From Rhizodiscina lignyota (taxonomy: Eukaryota), in assembly GCA_010015805.1 (NCBI GenBank), contig ML978138.1, positions 310,001 to 374,000 of the forward strand: a stretch of DNA of 64,000 nucleotides, read 5' to 3'. Positions 35,580 to 45,899 of the stretch are shown piece after piece. The position numbers and the translations under genes are program-made. The notes beneath the pieces were generated by a model. It had not been told where the DNA came from, did no database searches, and saw nothing but the letters and a program-made list of their open reading frames with translations. Each line of letters starts with the position of its first letter. Positions within the stretch are counted from its first letter, which is position 1.

Positions 35580-37397
35580 ATGGCGGACCAATTCATGGCT
35601 TATGGATATCCAGACCCGGTCGAGCTCAATCTGCCCTATCAAGACCCACCGAAACCTCAGAATCCAGCCCTCAAAGGGACGGTCCTCGGCTTTGCAGGCA
35701 GTCTGATAGCTTCTGTATCACCACTTGCCAAGTTCTTTTACACCAATGCGGGGTTCAGCAAGCAGCTCGGTGAGGTGAAGGAGTACGACGATGCGATTGC
35801 GACCTACAACCCTTTCGTCGTATCTCAGAACCGTGGCAGCCATGTCACGGAGACCACCGAGCCAACGGACCTGTCATCATACAGAGGAAAGACAAGAGCA
35901 GAGAAGGGTCACAAATACTACAGCAGTCTAGATTACTACGATGCCTATAAATCTGGCAGCACGACTCCAACTGCTGTCATCGAAAGCCTCCTCCCTCTGG
36001 TCCGCCGCGACGTAGCAAATCCAACCAAGCATTCCACTGCATTCACCTCCTGCAAGCCAGACATCGTCCTCGCCGCGGCCAATGCTTCGACCAAACGATG
36101 GAAGAGCGGAACGCCGCTTGGCATACTCGATGGTGTCCCGATTGCTATGAAGGACGACTTAGCGCTCAAAGGATATGCGACAACAATGGGCTGCAAATTT
36201 GAACATGTGGCGGAGTGCAAGGAGACAAGTTGGTGCATACAACAGTTACTAGACGCAGGGGCAATCATAATCGGGAAGAACGTCATGCACGAGCTGGGAA
36301 GCGACACGTCCGGCAACAATCCACACTGGGGCACTGCTCTGAACCCGTACAATGACAAGTATTACTGTGGAGGCAGCACGACTGGAGGTTGCTACAGTAT
36401 TGCCGCGGGTCTGGTGCCTCTCGTTCAGGGCAGCGACGCGGGCGGGTCAGTTCGTGTCCCAGCAAGCTTTTGTGGCCTATACAGCTTGAAGACGTCACAC
36501 GGCCGCGTCTCCATACGGCCGTCTCTCAATGCTGTGCCGAGCAATTGCGTTTTCAGCCCCCTTGCAGCGACGATGGCAGATTTAGAGGTCTCATTTCGTC
36601 TCATGGCCAAACCGGATCCACATGAACCCTTCTCCAAGCTTTTCCCTGCTCCGACTCGCGCCGCGGTAGACCGCCCAAAAACCATCGGTATCTTCAAAGA
36701 ATGGTTCGATGCAGCTGATCCGGCTGTCACGAAACTCTGCTACAAGGCAATTAACTACTTGAAAGAGAAGAAGGGTTACGAGGTGATCAACATCACGCTC
36801 CCGTATGTTCACCAGACTCAACTCGCCCACGCCATGACCACTCTCGCCGAAATGTACTCAGCTTTTGGCAAGTATATCAGCCAGGTGTCCGGACAAGACA
36901 AGATCCTTCTCTCTGTTGCGGCGAACACTCCTGCCTCGGATTTCCTTGCGGCACAGAAGGTTCGAACAGTGATGATGCAACATCTGGCGCACTTGTTCAA
37001 GAAACATCCTGGTCTCGTTATCGCAACGCCTACCGTACCAAATGTTGGATGGCCAATCGGGAAAGGAGACATCAATTCTAGCGGTTCCGGTATGATGGAT
37101 GGGAATTTGTCGATACGCATGATGATGTACATTTTCCTGGCAAACTTCTGCGGGCTGCCAGCGCTGCAGATGCCCGTTGGCTACGCCGATGCCGCACAAG
37201 GAGAAGGCAAGATCCCGGTCGGGTTGATGGGCAATGGAGAGTGGGGTAGCGATGATGAGTTGCTCGAGTTTGGGTTCGATGGTGAAGAGTATCTGAATGA
37301 CGAGAAGGAGGGTGGTGGAAGGCAAATGCCAGGTAATTGGGTTGATGTCTTGAGTTTGGGAAAAGATGATGCGAAGGCGACGCAGAGTGGTTTATAA
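35580..37397 (+). CDS. Amidase signature family protein
   Basis: LDGVPIAMKD (Lys), GKNVMHELG, CGGSTTGG, QGSDAGGSVRVPASFCGLYSLKTSHGR, N..GLPAL.MPVG. Confidence 0.95.
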   Translation: MADQFMAYGYPDPVELNLPYQDPPKPQNPALKGTVLGFAGSLIASVSPLAKFFYTNAGFSKQLGEVKEYDDAIATYNPFVVSQNRGSHVTETTEPTDLSSYRGKTRAEKGHKYYSSLDYYDAYKSGSTTPTAVIESLLPLVRRDVANPTKHSTAFTSCKPDIVLAAANASTKRWKSGTPLGILDGVPIAMKDDLALKGYATTMGCKFEHVAECKETSWCIQQLLDAGAIIIGKNVMHELGSDTSGNNPHWGTALNPYNDKYYCGGSTTGGCYSIAAGLVPLVQGSDAGGSVRVPASFCGLYSLKTSHGRVSIRPSLNAVPSNCVFSPLAATMADLEVSFRLMAKPDPHEPFSKLFPAPTRAAVDRPKTIGIFKEWFDAADPAVTKLCYKAINYLKEKKGYEVINITLPYVHQTQLAHAMTTLAEMYSAFGKYISQVSGQDKILLSVAANTPASDFLAAQKVRTVMMQHLAHLFKKHPGLVIATPTVPNVGWPIGKGDINSSGSGMMDGNLSIRMMMYIFLANFCGLPALQMPVGYADAAQGEGKIPVGLMGNGEWGSDDELLEFGFDGEEYLNDEKEGGGRQMPGNWVDVLSLGKDDAKATQSGL

Positions 37398-37832
37398 GTT
37401 AAGGAGAGACTATGTAAGATGATATCCAGCTTCTCTCAATCTAATCCCAGCCCATGCATCGAACGGATCTAGAATCGTCTCCTCAAAGTCTTGAGCTTCA
37501 AGTCTCCCTTGATTTGCTTATGTAACATCATACAAGTGCAGAAGCGAATCTAACATTCACCCACCACTCTTTAATAGTAATAGCGAATACTCGAAGGATT
37601 CTGCAAGTGATGTCACTCTTTGGGCGTCAACTTCATTGTTTCCAGGCTTCACCGGTTTGGTTCGCTCGGTCTTGCCAAACCATTACACAATATTTACCGC
37701 AAACACGACGTGACAACACCTTCCCATCGTCACTGTCCGCGCTTAGAATAATTCTTCGTTGGCCTTTTACCCACTCCACCTTCTTTGTTTCTTTCAAAGC
37801 GAATTCATATAGCTTTCAACAACAGCGTGGCC

Positions 37833-39425
37833 ATGGCCGAAACGAACGGAGCCAACGGCTCACAGACAACTTCCCTCGCACAGCCAAATCACGACAGTCC
37901 GCCGAACCACGATGAGCAGCCAAACAGTCACGAGCAGCAAAATGATCACGGCAGCATGAAGGACCTCGAGGATATGGACAAGGACGAGCTTAACGCGGAC
38001 ATCGCACGATCTATGGAGCCTCTTAAAGGGCCTGGAGTAGAGATCGATACGCATGCCTACGATGATGCCGACGAGAGGAATCTCAACGCAGAAATCGTGC
38101 GACTTCAGGCGCGACTTAAAGAGCTGGATGGAGAATCTACTGCTACAGAAATAGAACTTGTATCACAACCAGACCTGTCCAATGAAGAGCAGCTGGAGCA
38201 GCCGAACCATGCTCAACAGCGAAATCGTGACGATGCAGATTCTGACCAAGAATCCACTTCTACGGTAGTGTACGGCCAGGAACCTTACGCAACTTATGAA
38301 GGCAAAGTCCTCAAACTCTGTCACACCCTGTGGCCCGACATTCCCGCAGACCACGTAAAGGCCGAGCGACTGAAGGGCGGAGGCTACAATCGCATCATTG
38401 GGATATCACAGCAGAGTACTTCAACCGGTGAGACTGAGGATCTCATATTCCGCATTGCTCGTTTCGACTACTTCGACATGGAAACTGATATTGCCACGAT
38501 CGGCCTTGTGATGCGGTCTACGTCAATTCCAGTTCCAGACATAATATCCCACGACCCATCTGTGGACAACATTCTGGGAGCACCTTATAGTATACAGCGT
38601 CGACTCCCAGGAAGAAACCTTGACGATGCCTGGCCTACCCTCTCGCACAAGCAGAGAATACTTGTAACGGAACAAGTCTGTCAGATCCTTACTGAACTAC
38701 AAAGCAAACCGTACCCTTGCTCGGGCAAACTGGATCCAGCGTCTGTTATGGGGAACAACTCTGCCTTGATCTCATTTATGAAACTCCACGCTGGAGAATC
38801 CGACGGTCCACGGGAAATTTTGCCTTCTGAGCCCGATCAGAAATACTCCGAATTCCTTACAATGCAGTTCAAACGCTGGAAAAATACAGACATCCTTCTC
38901 TGCCCAACAAATCCTGCGGACTACTTTGATGAGTTGACGGCAGTTGTCGAGGAAATGGAATCCTCAGGTCTTTTCGACGATGCTGGATACTACCTCTGTC
39001 ATTTGGACTTTCAGCCCCGGAATATTCTTGTTTCAACGGCAGATGGTGATCAAGCCGCCATCACTGGCGTTCTTGACTGGGATCTTGCGGTTTTCGCCCC
39101 GAATTTTATGGGCTGTATGCCTCCCGAGTGGATTTGGCGGTGGGAGCACCTTGAAGACCACAACGAGAACGACGATAGCGGAAGCCACTTGGTATCATCA
39201 GATCCAGAAGCACAGGAACTAAAACACATATTCGAGAATGGTGTTAGCACAAAGTACTTGGCATTTGCTTTCCGTGACGAATATCGCTTGGCCCGGAAAG
39301 TCTGCCGAATTGCCATGGAAGGCATGCGCTCTGACGACACTTGGAAGGGATATGACGAGATTCTAAAGTTGTGGCCTCAACTGTCAGACCAACTGGGCGT
39401 GCCGTGCAATGAAAGCGGGAGATAG
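37833..39425 (+). CDS. APH / phosphotransferase family (kinase-like) protein, copy 1
   Basis: LKGGGYNRIIGI, IPVPDIISHD, YSIQRRLPG, catalytic-type LCHLDFQPRNILV, ITGVLDWD; ATG at 37833. Confidence 0.9.
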   Translation: MAETNGANGSQTTSLAQPNHDSPPNHDEQPNSHEQQNDHGSMKDLEDMDKDELNADIARSMEPLKGPGVEIDTHAYDDADERNLNAEIVRLQARLKELDGESTATEIELVSQPDLSNEEQLEQPNHAQQRNRDDADSDQESTSTVVYGQEPYATYEGKVLKLCHTLWPDIPADHVKAERLKGGGYNRIIGISQQSTSTGETEDLIFRIARFDYFDMETDIATIGLVMRSTSIPVPDIISHDPSVDNILGAPYSIQRRLPGRNLDDAWPTLSHKQRILVTEQVCQILTELQSKPYPCSGKLDPASVMGNNSALISFMKLHAGESDGPREILPSEPDQKYSEFLTMQFKRWKNTDILLCPTNPADYFDELTAVVEEMESSGLFDDAGYYLCHLDFQPRNILVSTADGDQAAITGVLDWDLAVFAPNFMGCMPPEWIWRWEHLEDHNENDDSGSHLVSSDPEAQELKHIFENGVSTKYLAFAFRDEYRLARKVCRIAMEGMRSDDTWKGYDEILKLWPQLSDQLGVPCNESGR

Positions 39426-39673
39426 GGACACTTGTGCAGTTGTGAGTTACACTGTCAGTCCACGAGACTCCAGCCTATGGCGCTGAAGCAGGCTCCGCGC
39501 CTACAGTTTTATTGAGGCTGCATGTATACTATTCTTTTCCTTCTGTATAAATATCTCATTTCCAGTACCTTTCATTCAGTTAGAGTACTCGGGCCAAAGG
39601 TTAAATTCCAATCCAGGAATCCCTCGTCGATGAAACACTTTGAAGGTTAAATATCGAGTCCTCGAAGCTCAAA

Positions 39674-39979
39674 ATGGTTACTACACACCACTGTCCCATC
39701 AAGCGTAATTGCCGCAGGGAGGCCATACCCAAGGCACACTGCACGATCCATCAGAGAGTGTGCCAGATTCATGTGATTCCTCACCTGAAGGCCGAGACGT
39801 GCCGATCATGCAAGAGGGAAAGTGAGAAGAAGAAGAGGGAGGCCGAAGAGAAGAAGAAGAAGGATGCAGGAAAGAAGTTCACCAATACGAAGAAGGTGGA
39901 AGTGTACCACTCTTCACTCCAGGACCCAGGTAACAGCACCTTAGACCTAATCAAGGATGGACCGCGATACGAAGTGTAA
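39674..39979 (+). CDS. Small Cys/His-rich putative zinc-binding protein with Lys-rich tail, copy 1
   Basis: HHCPIKRNCR..CTIHQRVCQIH...HLKAETCRSC; AAAATG context; TATAAATA near 39545; homologous to 42457..42639. Confidence 0.75.
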   Translation: MVTTHHCPIKRNCRREAIPKAHCTIHQRVCQIHVIPHLKAETCRSCKRESEKKKREAEEKKKKDAGKKFTNTKKVEVYHSSLQDPGNSTLDLIKDGPRYEV

Positions 39980-40432
39980 TGCTTCACAACCAGTCAGTCT
40001 CGAGCAGCACAGTGTTTAGGAAATGAAGAACCTGATTCATTATTGTTCAATTCTTTGAACTTCTCAGCAGAATGCCTGTGCGTTTTATGCATTTTGTTTA
40101 TTACGAAATATCTCGCAGAATCTCTTTGTTCCATGAATGTCTGCGCAGCAAGCAATCCGATCAATGCTCTTTGTCGCTTTACAATGTTTGGCTCTTTGTG
40201 CTTTAAACCGCATCTCTGTTAAACAGTGCCCAGCGCACGATGCAACAGTTATAATACCGCTGACGCGATTTTTCGTGATATTCACGAATTAAGCAACAAC
40301 AACTTATCAACATCAACACCCCATCACCCTCTCTTCACTACCCAACCATACCCTATTTCTTTCATTGAGCATTCAAATCTACCGGACCAGCGCATCTGAT
40401 TATCTGATTTCATTCCACGTCTCACAGTCACA

Positions 40433-41836
40433 ATGATAGAAGACGTCCCAATGGCAGAGGACACTCCACATATTGTACCGGAAGACACAGAACATCTCAA
40501 TTGTCAGGCAGACGCATCATCAGAAGCTGGATCTGACGGCAGGTCTGATTCAGGCTCGGATGAAGTCTCGGAGTCATCGACAATAGTCTACGAGCATGAA
40601 TCTTTCGAAACATTCCAACATCGCGTGAAGCGTTTCTGCAGTACGCAATGGCCGAACGCCACAGAGGACTGTTTTGAAATCTCGCGACTCGATGGTGGAG
40701 CCTTCAACCGTGTCATCGGTATCAAGTACACGAATCCCGTCACGGAGCAGAGCGAGGAGTATGTCCTTCGGATTCCGCGATTCGAGTCCGCCCCGCTAGA
40801 ATACGAAGTTGCCGACTTCGTGTTTGCTGCTAAATCAACAGGACTTCCTGTGCCGGAAGTCATTGCATACGACTTGACAGAAAACAATTCATTGAAGACA
40901 CGGTACAGCATCCAGCGCCGTATCCCCGGCCAGTCCCTGTATGAGGTATACCCGACGCTCAACCCGTCGCAGAAGACATCTGTGGCAAAGGCGATGGCCC
41001 AGGTAATTACCAAACTGCAGTCAAAGGTTTACTCCAGATTCGGGCGTATCGATCCTACGCCAGTGCTGGCAGGAACTGAGAGCGACCTCAAAAAAGTGTT
41101 TCGATTTGAAGTCCCGGCGCGCCAATCCTGGAATGCTGGGGTCGACGAGCGAATTCCATCCGCGCCTCAGGCCGTGTTTGAGCTGCTGCTGGACCTATTT
41201 GAGCGCTGGAAGGCGTACGACATCAGTATCTGCCCCGTTGACGATTGCGAGCGACTCAACAAGCTGATCGATATGACAAAGCAAATGGAGGAGCTTGGCA
41301 TGTTCAAAGATCAACCCGTGGCCTTCTGCCATCTGGACTTGGAGCCGCGGAACATACTGGTGACCGTCCTGAATGACACTGAAGTCGTCATTGAGGGCAT
41401 CCTCGACTGGGACTCAGCCGTCTTCGCGCCTCGTTTCATGGCGTGCAAGGTCCCGTTCTGGCTTTGGCGTTGGGATGATGAGGATGACGATACCGATGAG
41501 CGAAATGCGAACAAGCCGTTCATAGACGAGCTCGATTTGGAGATAAAGCGGACTTTTGAGGGTGCAATCGGTCAGCGATTTCTCTACCTCGCCTATCCTC
41601 GGAAGTTTCAAATTGCCCGCAAGCTGTTCATTCTTGCGACGGAGGGCATGAGGAGCACTGGAGCTCTAAACGAGGCGGACGAGCTCATCGAAGAGTGGTC
41701 TGAGCTCCACATCGAACTCCTCAATCCTGTTAAGGAGATGCTCATATCGAAAGATGGCTTTCCCAGTCTGGGTGCGTTCTTGAAGAGGAAACGCCAGATT
41801 CTGTTGCAGGAAATAACTCGATGTTCAATTATGTAG
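40433..41836 (+). CDS. APH / phosphotransferase family (kinase-like) protein, copy 2
   Basis: LDGGAFNRVIGI, LPVPEVIAYD, YSIQRRIPG, FCHLDLEPRNILV, IEGILDWD; colinear with copy 1. Confidence 0.9.
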   Translation: MIEDVPMAEDTPHIVPEDTEHLNCQADASSEAGSDGRSDSGSDEVSESSTIVYEHESFETFQHRVKRFCSTQWPNATEDCFEISRLDGGAFNRVIGIKYTNPVTEQSEEYVLRIPRFESAPLEYEVADFVFAAKSTGLPVPEVIAYDLTENNSLKTRYSIQRRIPGQSLYEVYPTLNPSQKTSVAKAMAQVITKLQSKVYSRFGRIDPTPVLAGTESDLKKVFRFEVPARQSWNAGVDERIPSAPQAVFELLLDLFERWKAYDISICPVDDCERLNKLIDMTKQMEELGMFKDQPVAFCHLDLEPRNILVTVLNDTEVVIEGILDWDSAVFAPRFMACKVPFWLWRWDDEDDDTDERNANKPFIDELDLEIKRTFEGAIGQRFLYLAYPRKFQIARKLFILATEGMRSTGALNEADELIEEWSELHIELLNPVKEMLISKDGFPSLGAFLKRKRQILLQEITRCSIM

Positions 41837-42456
41837 CGTCCAATTTTATTGGGTCAGGACGGTAGGCCGAATTTCATAGGTCAATCTGGGCCCGCGACAA
41901 AATCCATCATGTCAGAAAGTCCTTCCATGAGGTAGTATTTGTATTCAGGAACTGTAACTTCATTAGACGTAACTCAAAATGCATTGACAGTTGATCTACT
42001 TGCAAGTATCATAATCGGAGACCCCGAAAGTGGTCCAGACAGTGGTCCCCAATATCCGCCCTCCAAATCTTGCTGCCAACTCCAGGGCACCAAAATCAGT
42101 GTCAAATTGAAATCCAAGGTCAGAAGGCGAATTCAGAAGACCATTCAATCTCGAAGTCAAGATCAGACGTCAAGCATTCTGAGAACATCGACAAAGACTT
42201 AAGAAGCATGAGAAATCCCAAAGGAAATCCACCTCACCAATACGAAAGCCATGAATTTCCGTTCAGCATCCAGAAACAATGTCGAGTTCGACAGCTCTTT
42301 ATGTGAGAAAACAAAGGACAACTCACTTTACGAAAGATAGATAAAACTCGCTACTTGTGTCTTGTTCCATACGCATCCAAAATCCAAATTTAGCTCCAGG
42401 AGCGATTCGTCACGACAAGACATCGAAACAAACTCATAGAAACCCCATCTACAATC

Positions 42457-42639
42457 ATGCCTGGAAACGGTAGAAAGAGCACGAAACACCACTGTCCAAT
42501 CGGTCGGAACTGCAGGTACGTTGGTAGCGTCTGCAAGAAGCACCAAACCATTTGCGAAACCCATAACCAGACGCATCTGAAGACCGAGGATTGCCCCTTC
42601 TGCGCGAAAATAGCCTTCTTTACAGCAAGAAGAGCGTAA
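42457..42639 (+). CDS. Small Cys/His-rich putative zinc-binding protein, copy 2
   Basis: HHCPIGRNCR..CKKHQTICETH...HLKTEDCPFC, matching the motif of 39674..39979. Confidence 0.75.
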   Translation: MPGNGRKSTKHHCPIGRNCRYVGSVCKKHQTICETHNQTHLKTEDCPFCAKIAFFTARRA

Positions 42640-42942
42640 GCGTAAGTATTGTAAGTATGAGATACCAGGTCGCTGGTTTGAGACCGACCTTGTAAACAGG
42701 GAGGCTGCTTGAGAAGGAATGATAACGGCCCAGAAGAGACAGAATTGGCAGAAACAGAATAGACTAAGACGAGAACGAAAGACCGCACGTTAGTCATATT
42801 CAAGCAGAGAAACATATCTCTTTGAAATCAAATTTTTGTTTCCCAAGTTTAACCTAGCTTTGTGACGCCTCGCTAATGCTCCATGTAAATGGCTCGGTGA
42901 ATTGCAAATCTGCAAATCATCGTTTGCTGTCGCTTAAACCTC

Positions 42943-44064
42943 TTATCTTGTCCCTCTTGCTCCTGTTGGCGCACCTTCTCTGCGCCGCTGCAACACGCGC
43001 CCTATTGCATCTCTCACTTCCGGTGTCGCCCTGATCGTATTCTGGACGAGCCAGTTTTGAAGCTGACTCCGGACGTCTTTCTCCGCAGCCTCATCTCCGG
43101 CAAACGGGGTCAGCTCCAAACCCAGTAACCTCCCCACTTCTTGATCGTTATGCTTCGCAAGCGAGTCCAGTCGATCGAGCTGCTGCTGGAGACGAACAGC
43201 CTCATTCCCAGATTGCAGTCCTGACTTTAGTAACGGTGTGACTTGCGCCAGTGCAATGAAGAATGTGATTGAGAGCTTGCGAGCGAGGGATATTGCTTCG
43301 AATGGTAGATAAGGTGGACGAACTCGAAGGGTTTCGAAAATCGGGTTTATCGCGTTGGTGAGGATGCCCGGCCATGTTGTTCGGGTGACGGAAAATGCTT
43401 CGAAGACAAACAAGCACGCGACGGTAAGAAATCGCCAATATTTTCCAGATTCCATGTATCCCAGATAATTCAAGAGGGCCATGAAAAATGTGCTTCCAAT
43501 GTAGTATGGAATGATCTGAGTTGCGCCAGCAGTCAGATAGTCTTTGATCGTGATACAGTGCTTCCAATCCATCATTGTTGGCCCAAATCGATCGTATGCA
43601 AACCTTTTTGCGGGATCGACTAAAACATCGCTGGCTTGGCGCAAATGAATGAAGAAGGCCTCCGCTAAAGGGTTGTCGTTGGACGCTTTGTCCGGGTGAT
43701 ATGATGCCAGCAGCCTCCTGGTTCTCGACCTTATCCTCTTCTCTTCCGCGTCATATGAAACGCCAAGATCTCTATAGAAGTTTCCTTCTCGTTGTATTTG
43801 CCAGTCCGCTTCGTAAATGTTATAGAGTAAGTACAGGAGGATAACGCAGATTTGTATTATTCGACGGTGCTTGATCCATTTCGGGCTCCCTGGTTGCGGC
43901 TTTGGCTCTCCAGCGCGTATAAAGATGCCGTAAAGTGTCGTTTGTACCCAACCTGATACTAGCTGTATGAAGCTGGTCAGCGTTGCGCTCGACGAGGAGT
44001 GAACTTTTGGACATCTTACATTTGGCAAGAAATACCACCCCGCATAAGACAGGACCTGCGACAT
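42943..44064 (-). CDS. Membrane-associated DnaJ-domain protein
   Basis: NFYRDLGV...YHPDK...VLVDPAKRFAYDRFG J-domain flanked by TM segments; short in-frame 5-prime intron. Confidence 0.9.
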   Translation of the reverse strand: MSQVLSYAGWYFLPNVRCPKVHSSSSATLTSFIQLVSGWVQTTLYGIFIRAGEPKPQPGSPKWIKHRRIIQICVILLYLLYNIYEADWQIQREGNFYRDLGVSYDAEEKRIRSRTRRLLASYHPDKASNDNPLAEAFFIHLRQASDVLVDPAKRFAYDRFGPTMMDWKHCITIKDYLTAGATQIIPYYIGSTFFMALLNYLGYMESGKYWRFLTVACLFVFEAFSVTRTTWPGILTNAINPIFETLRVRPPYLPFEAISLARKLSITFFIALAQVTPLLKSGLQSGNEAVRLQQQLDRLDSLAKHNDQEVGRLLGLELTPFAGDEAAEKDVRSQLQNWLVQNTIRATPEVRDAIGRVLQRRREGAPTGARGTR

Positions 44065-44364
44065 ATTCTAGGCAGATCGAGCGTCAGAAAATATGTAAAA
44101 GAGAGAGAAAACAAGGTGGTCCAGGTGAAGTAGGTATCGTGAGTTGTTGCTTATGGAGGAAGTCGACAAGTTTCCACATCGAGGTTGACGCGCCGGGGTT
44201 AAGATCGCGTTCCCTCGGTTTCGGCATGTTCCGCTAGCTCCCGCAGACCCTGGCCAAAAAAGTTCTACACTTCTCATTGTCGCATCGACAATACGGCAAT
44301 TTTACATAAATGTTCGAGTACTTGGAGGTGCTGGCTCCCTCATCATCAATTCCTTCTTGATATA

Positions 44365-45429
44365 ATGGCATCCGCAGTTTCCTCTACAACGCTAGACCCG
44401 CAGAAGAAAGACAAATCCAAGAAACGGAAGGAAAAGCATAAAGACAACGACAACGATCAATCAGAGCACAAGAGGAGCTCCAAGAAGAGACGACGTGAAG
44501 ATGGCGATGGCGCTGATGTTGAAGAATTGAGAGAGTCATCTCCACCAAAAAGGCCGAAGATTCCATCATCAACTGGCGGCGACTACAAAATATCAGCATC
44601 GGGGCAAAATAGAACGAAGAGTCCCATTTCCGAGCAAACCGTGTCCTTCTACCTTCCTCTGTCGCCAATTGCTCAACGATATCCACTCGAGGGCTTATGC
44701 GCTGAACATTTGTCGCCTCTGATTCTCACATACTACCCCCCTCTCGAAGCAGTAATACTCTCCTATCGAAATGTTCGACTCTCAGAATACCCACCCACGG
44801 GAACCACACTCGACAGTGCTGAAGACACTATGCCGCTGGCGAAATCAATGGACGAATATGCAGTTAGTTTTGTCTGGGCGACAGTGGACATGCTGCTGTT
44901 GAAGCCGAGGAAAGGCGTATACCTTGATGCGGCCGTCAATCTACAAAACGAAAGTCATCTGGGCCTGATATGCTGGAATCTGTTCGGCGCAACCATAGAC
45001 CGCAACCACCTACCAAAGGACTGGAAATGGAGAGAACCAGATACTCGACATGAACGTCTCAACGACCTTCCGAATGGAGACAATTGGCAGGGTGCCGATG
45101 AGCATGGCTATTTCGTTGATGGAAGCGGCGATAAAGTGTCTGGGACGATCTCGTTTCGTGTCCGCAACTTTGAAGCATTGCCAGCTGGAGACAACGACCG
45201 AGGATTTTTTTCCATCGAGGGGACGTTGTTGAACAGGGAGGAGGAAAGAGAACAGGAAGAGATGGAGAGTGAGAGCACGGCCTCGAAGCAGAATAGAAGC
45301 GGTCAGACAAAGCGGCAACACTCGCCATTTGTCGATGCAACGCAGGATCTTGGCTCAATGCCATACGAAGGATTTCCAAAACGCACTGGTGAAAAGATGC
45401 GCAAGGGAAAGCATAGAATAAGATACTAG
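44365..45429 (+). CDS. RPA43: RNA polymerase I subunit RPA43
   Basis: SFYLPLSP...HLSPLILTYYPPLEAVILSYRNV...FVWATVDMLLLKP...VNLQNESHLGLICWNLFGATI...FFSIEGTL. Confidence 0.85.
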   Translation: MASAVSSTTLDPQKKDKSKKRKEKHKDNDNDQSEHKRSSKKRRREDGDGADVEELRESSPPKRPKIPSSTGGDYKISASGQNRTKSPISEQTVSFYLPLSPIAQRYPLEGLCAEHLSPLILTYYPPLEAVILSYRNVRLSEYPPTGTTLDSAEDTMPLAKSMDEYAVSFVWATVDMLLLKPRKGVYLDAAVNLQNESHLGLICWNLFGATIDRNHLPKDWKWREPDTRHERLNDLPNGDNWQGADEHGYFVDGSGDKVSGTISFRVRNFEALPAGDNDRGFFSIEGTLLNREEEREQEEMESESTASKQNRSGQTKRQHSPFVDATQDLGSMPYEGFPKRTGEKMRKGKHRIRY

Positions 45430-45803
45430 ATGCGTTAGAAAAGCTACTTTTAAACATATTACTCAATTAATTTTTTTGAGCATTTTGCATATATCAATGA
45501 TGTGTGTGACACAAATAGCTGAGCCCTGGCTACAACATATCGAACCGTGAGGATGCATGTCCTCGTTAGTCAATACAGACCATGCAAACTAAAGCTGCGA
45601 ATTTCAGGTGAATGTGTACTCCCATGTATGCTCCCTCATAGTATGCCAAAAATCAACTATCACGTCTTGTAAGCATTTTTATTTAACCCGATCTCCTTAT
45701 CTGTGATAGGATAAGATAAGATCTAGGCTGCCCCCACTAATTTTTGCACTAGCGGCCCGCGCCCGCGTAAATAAAACCCAGGCCAAGCTGCAAGCTTCCT
45801 TCC

Positions 45804-45862
45804 ACCTCTCCACAGCACCACGAACCTCTCCACAGCACCACGAACACCTCACAGCATCCACC
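45804..45862 (+). repeat. 20-bp tandem repeat (2 exact copies plus 1 degenerate) in the leader of the coilin-like gene
   Basis: acctctccacagcaccacga twice, followed by acacctcacagcatccacc. Confidence 0.8.
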
Positions 45863-45899
45863 CACAAATTCAAGCATGCGCTAAGCGCACGCGTCTACC

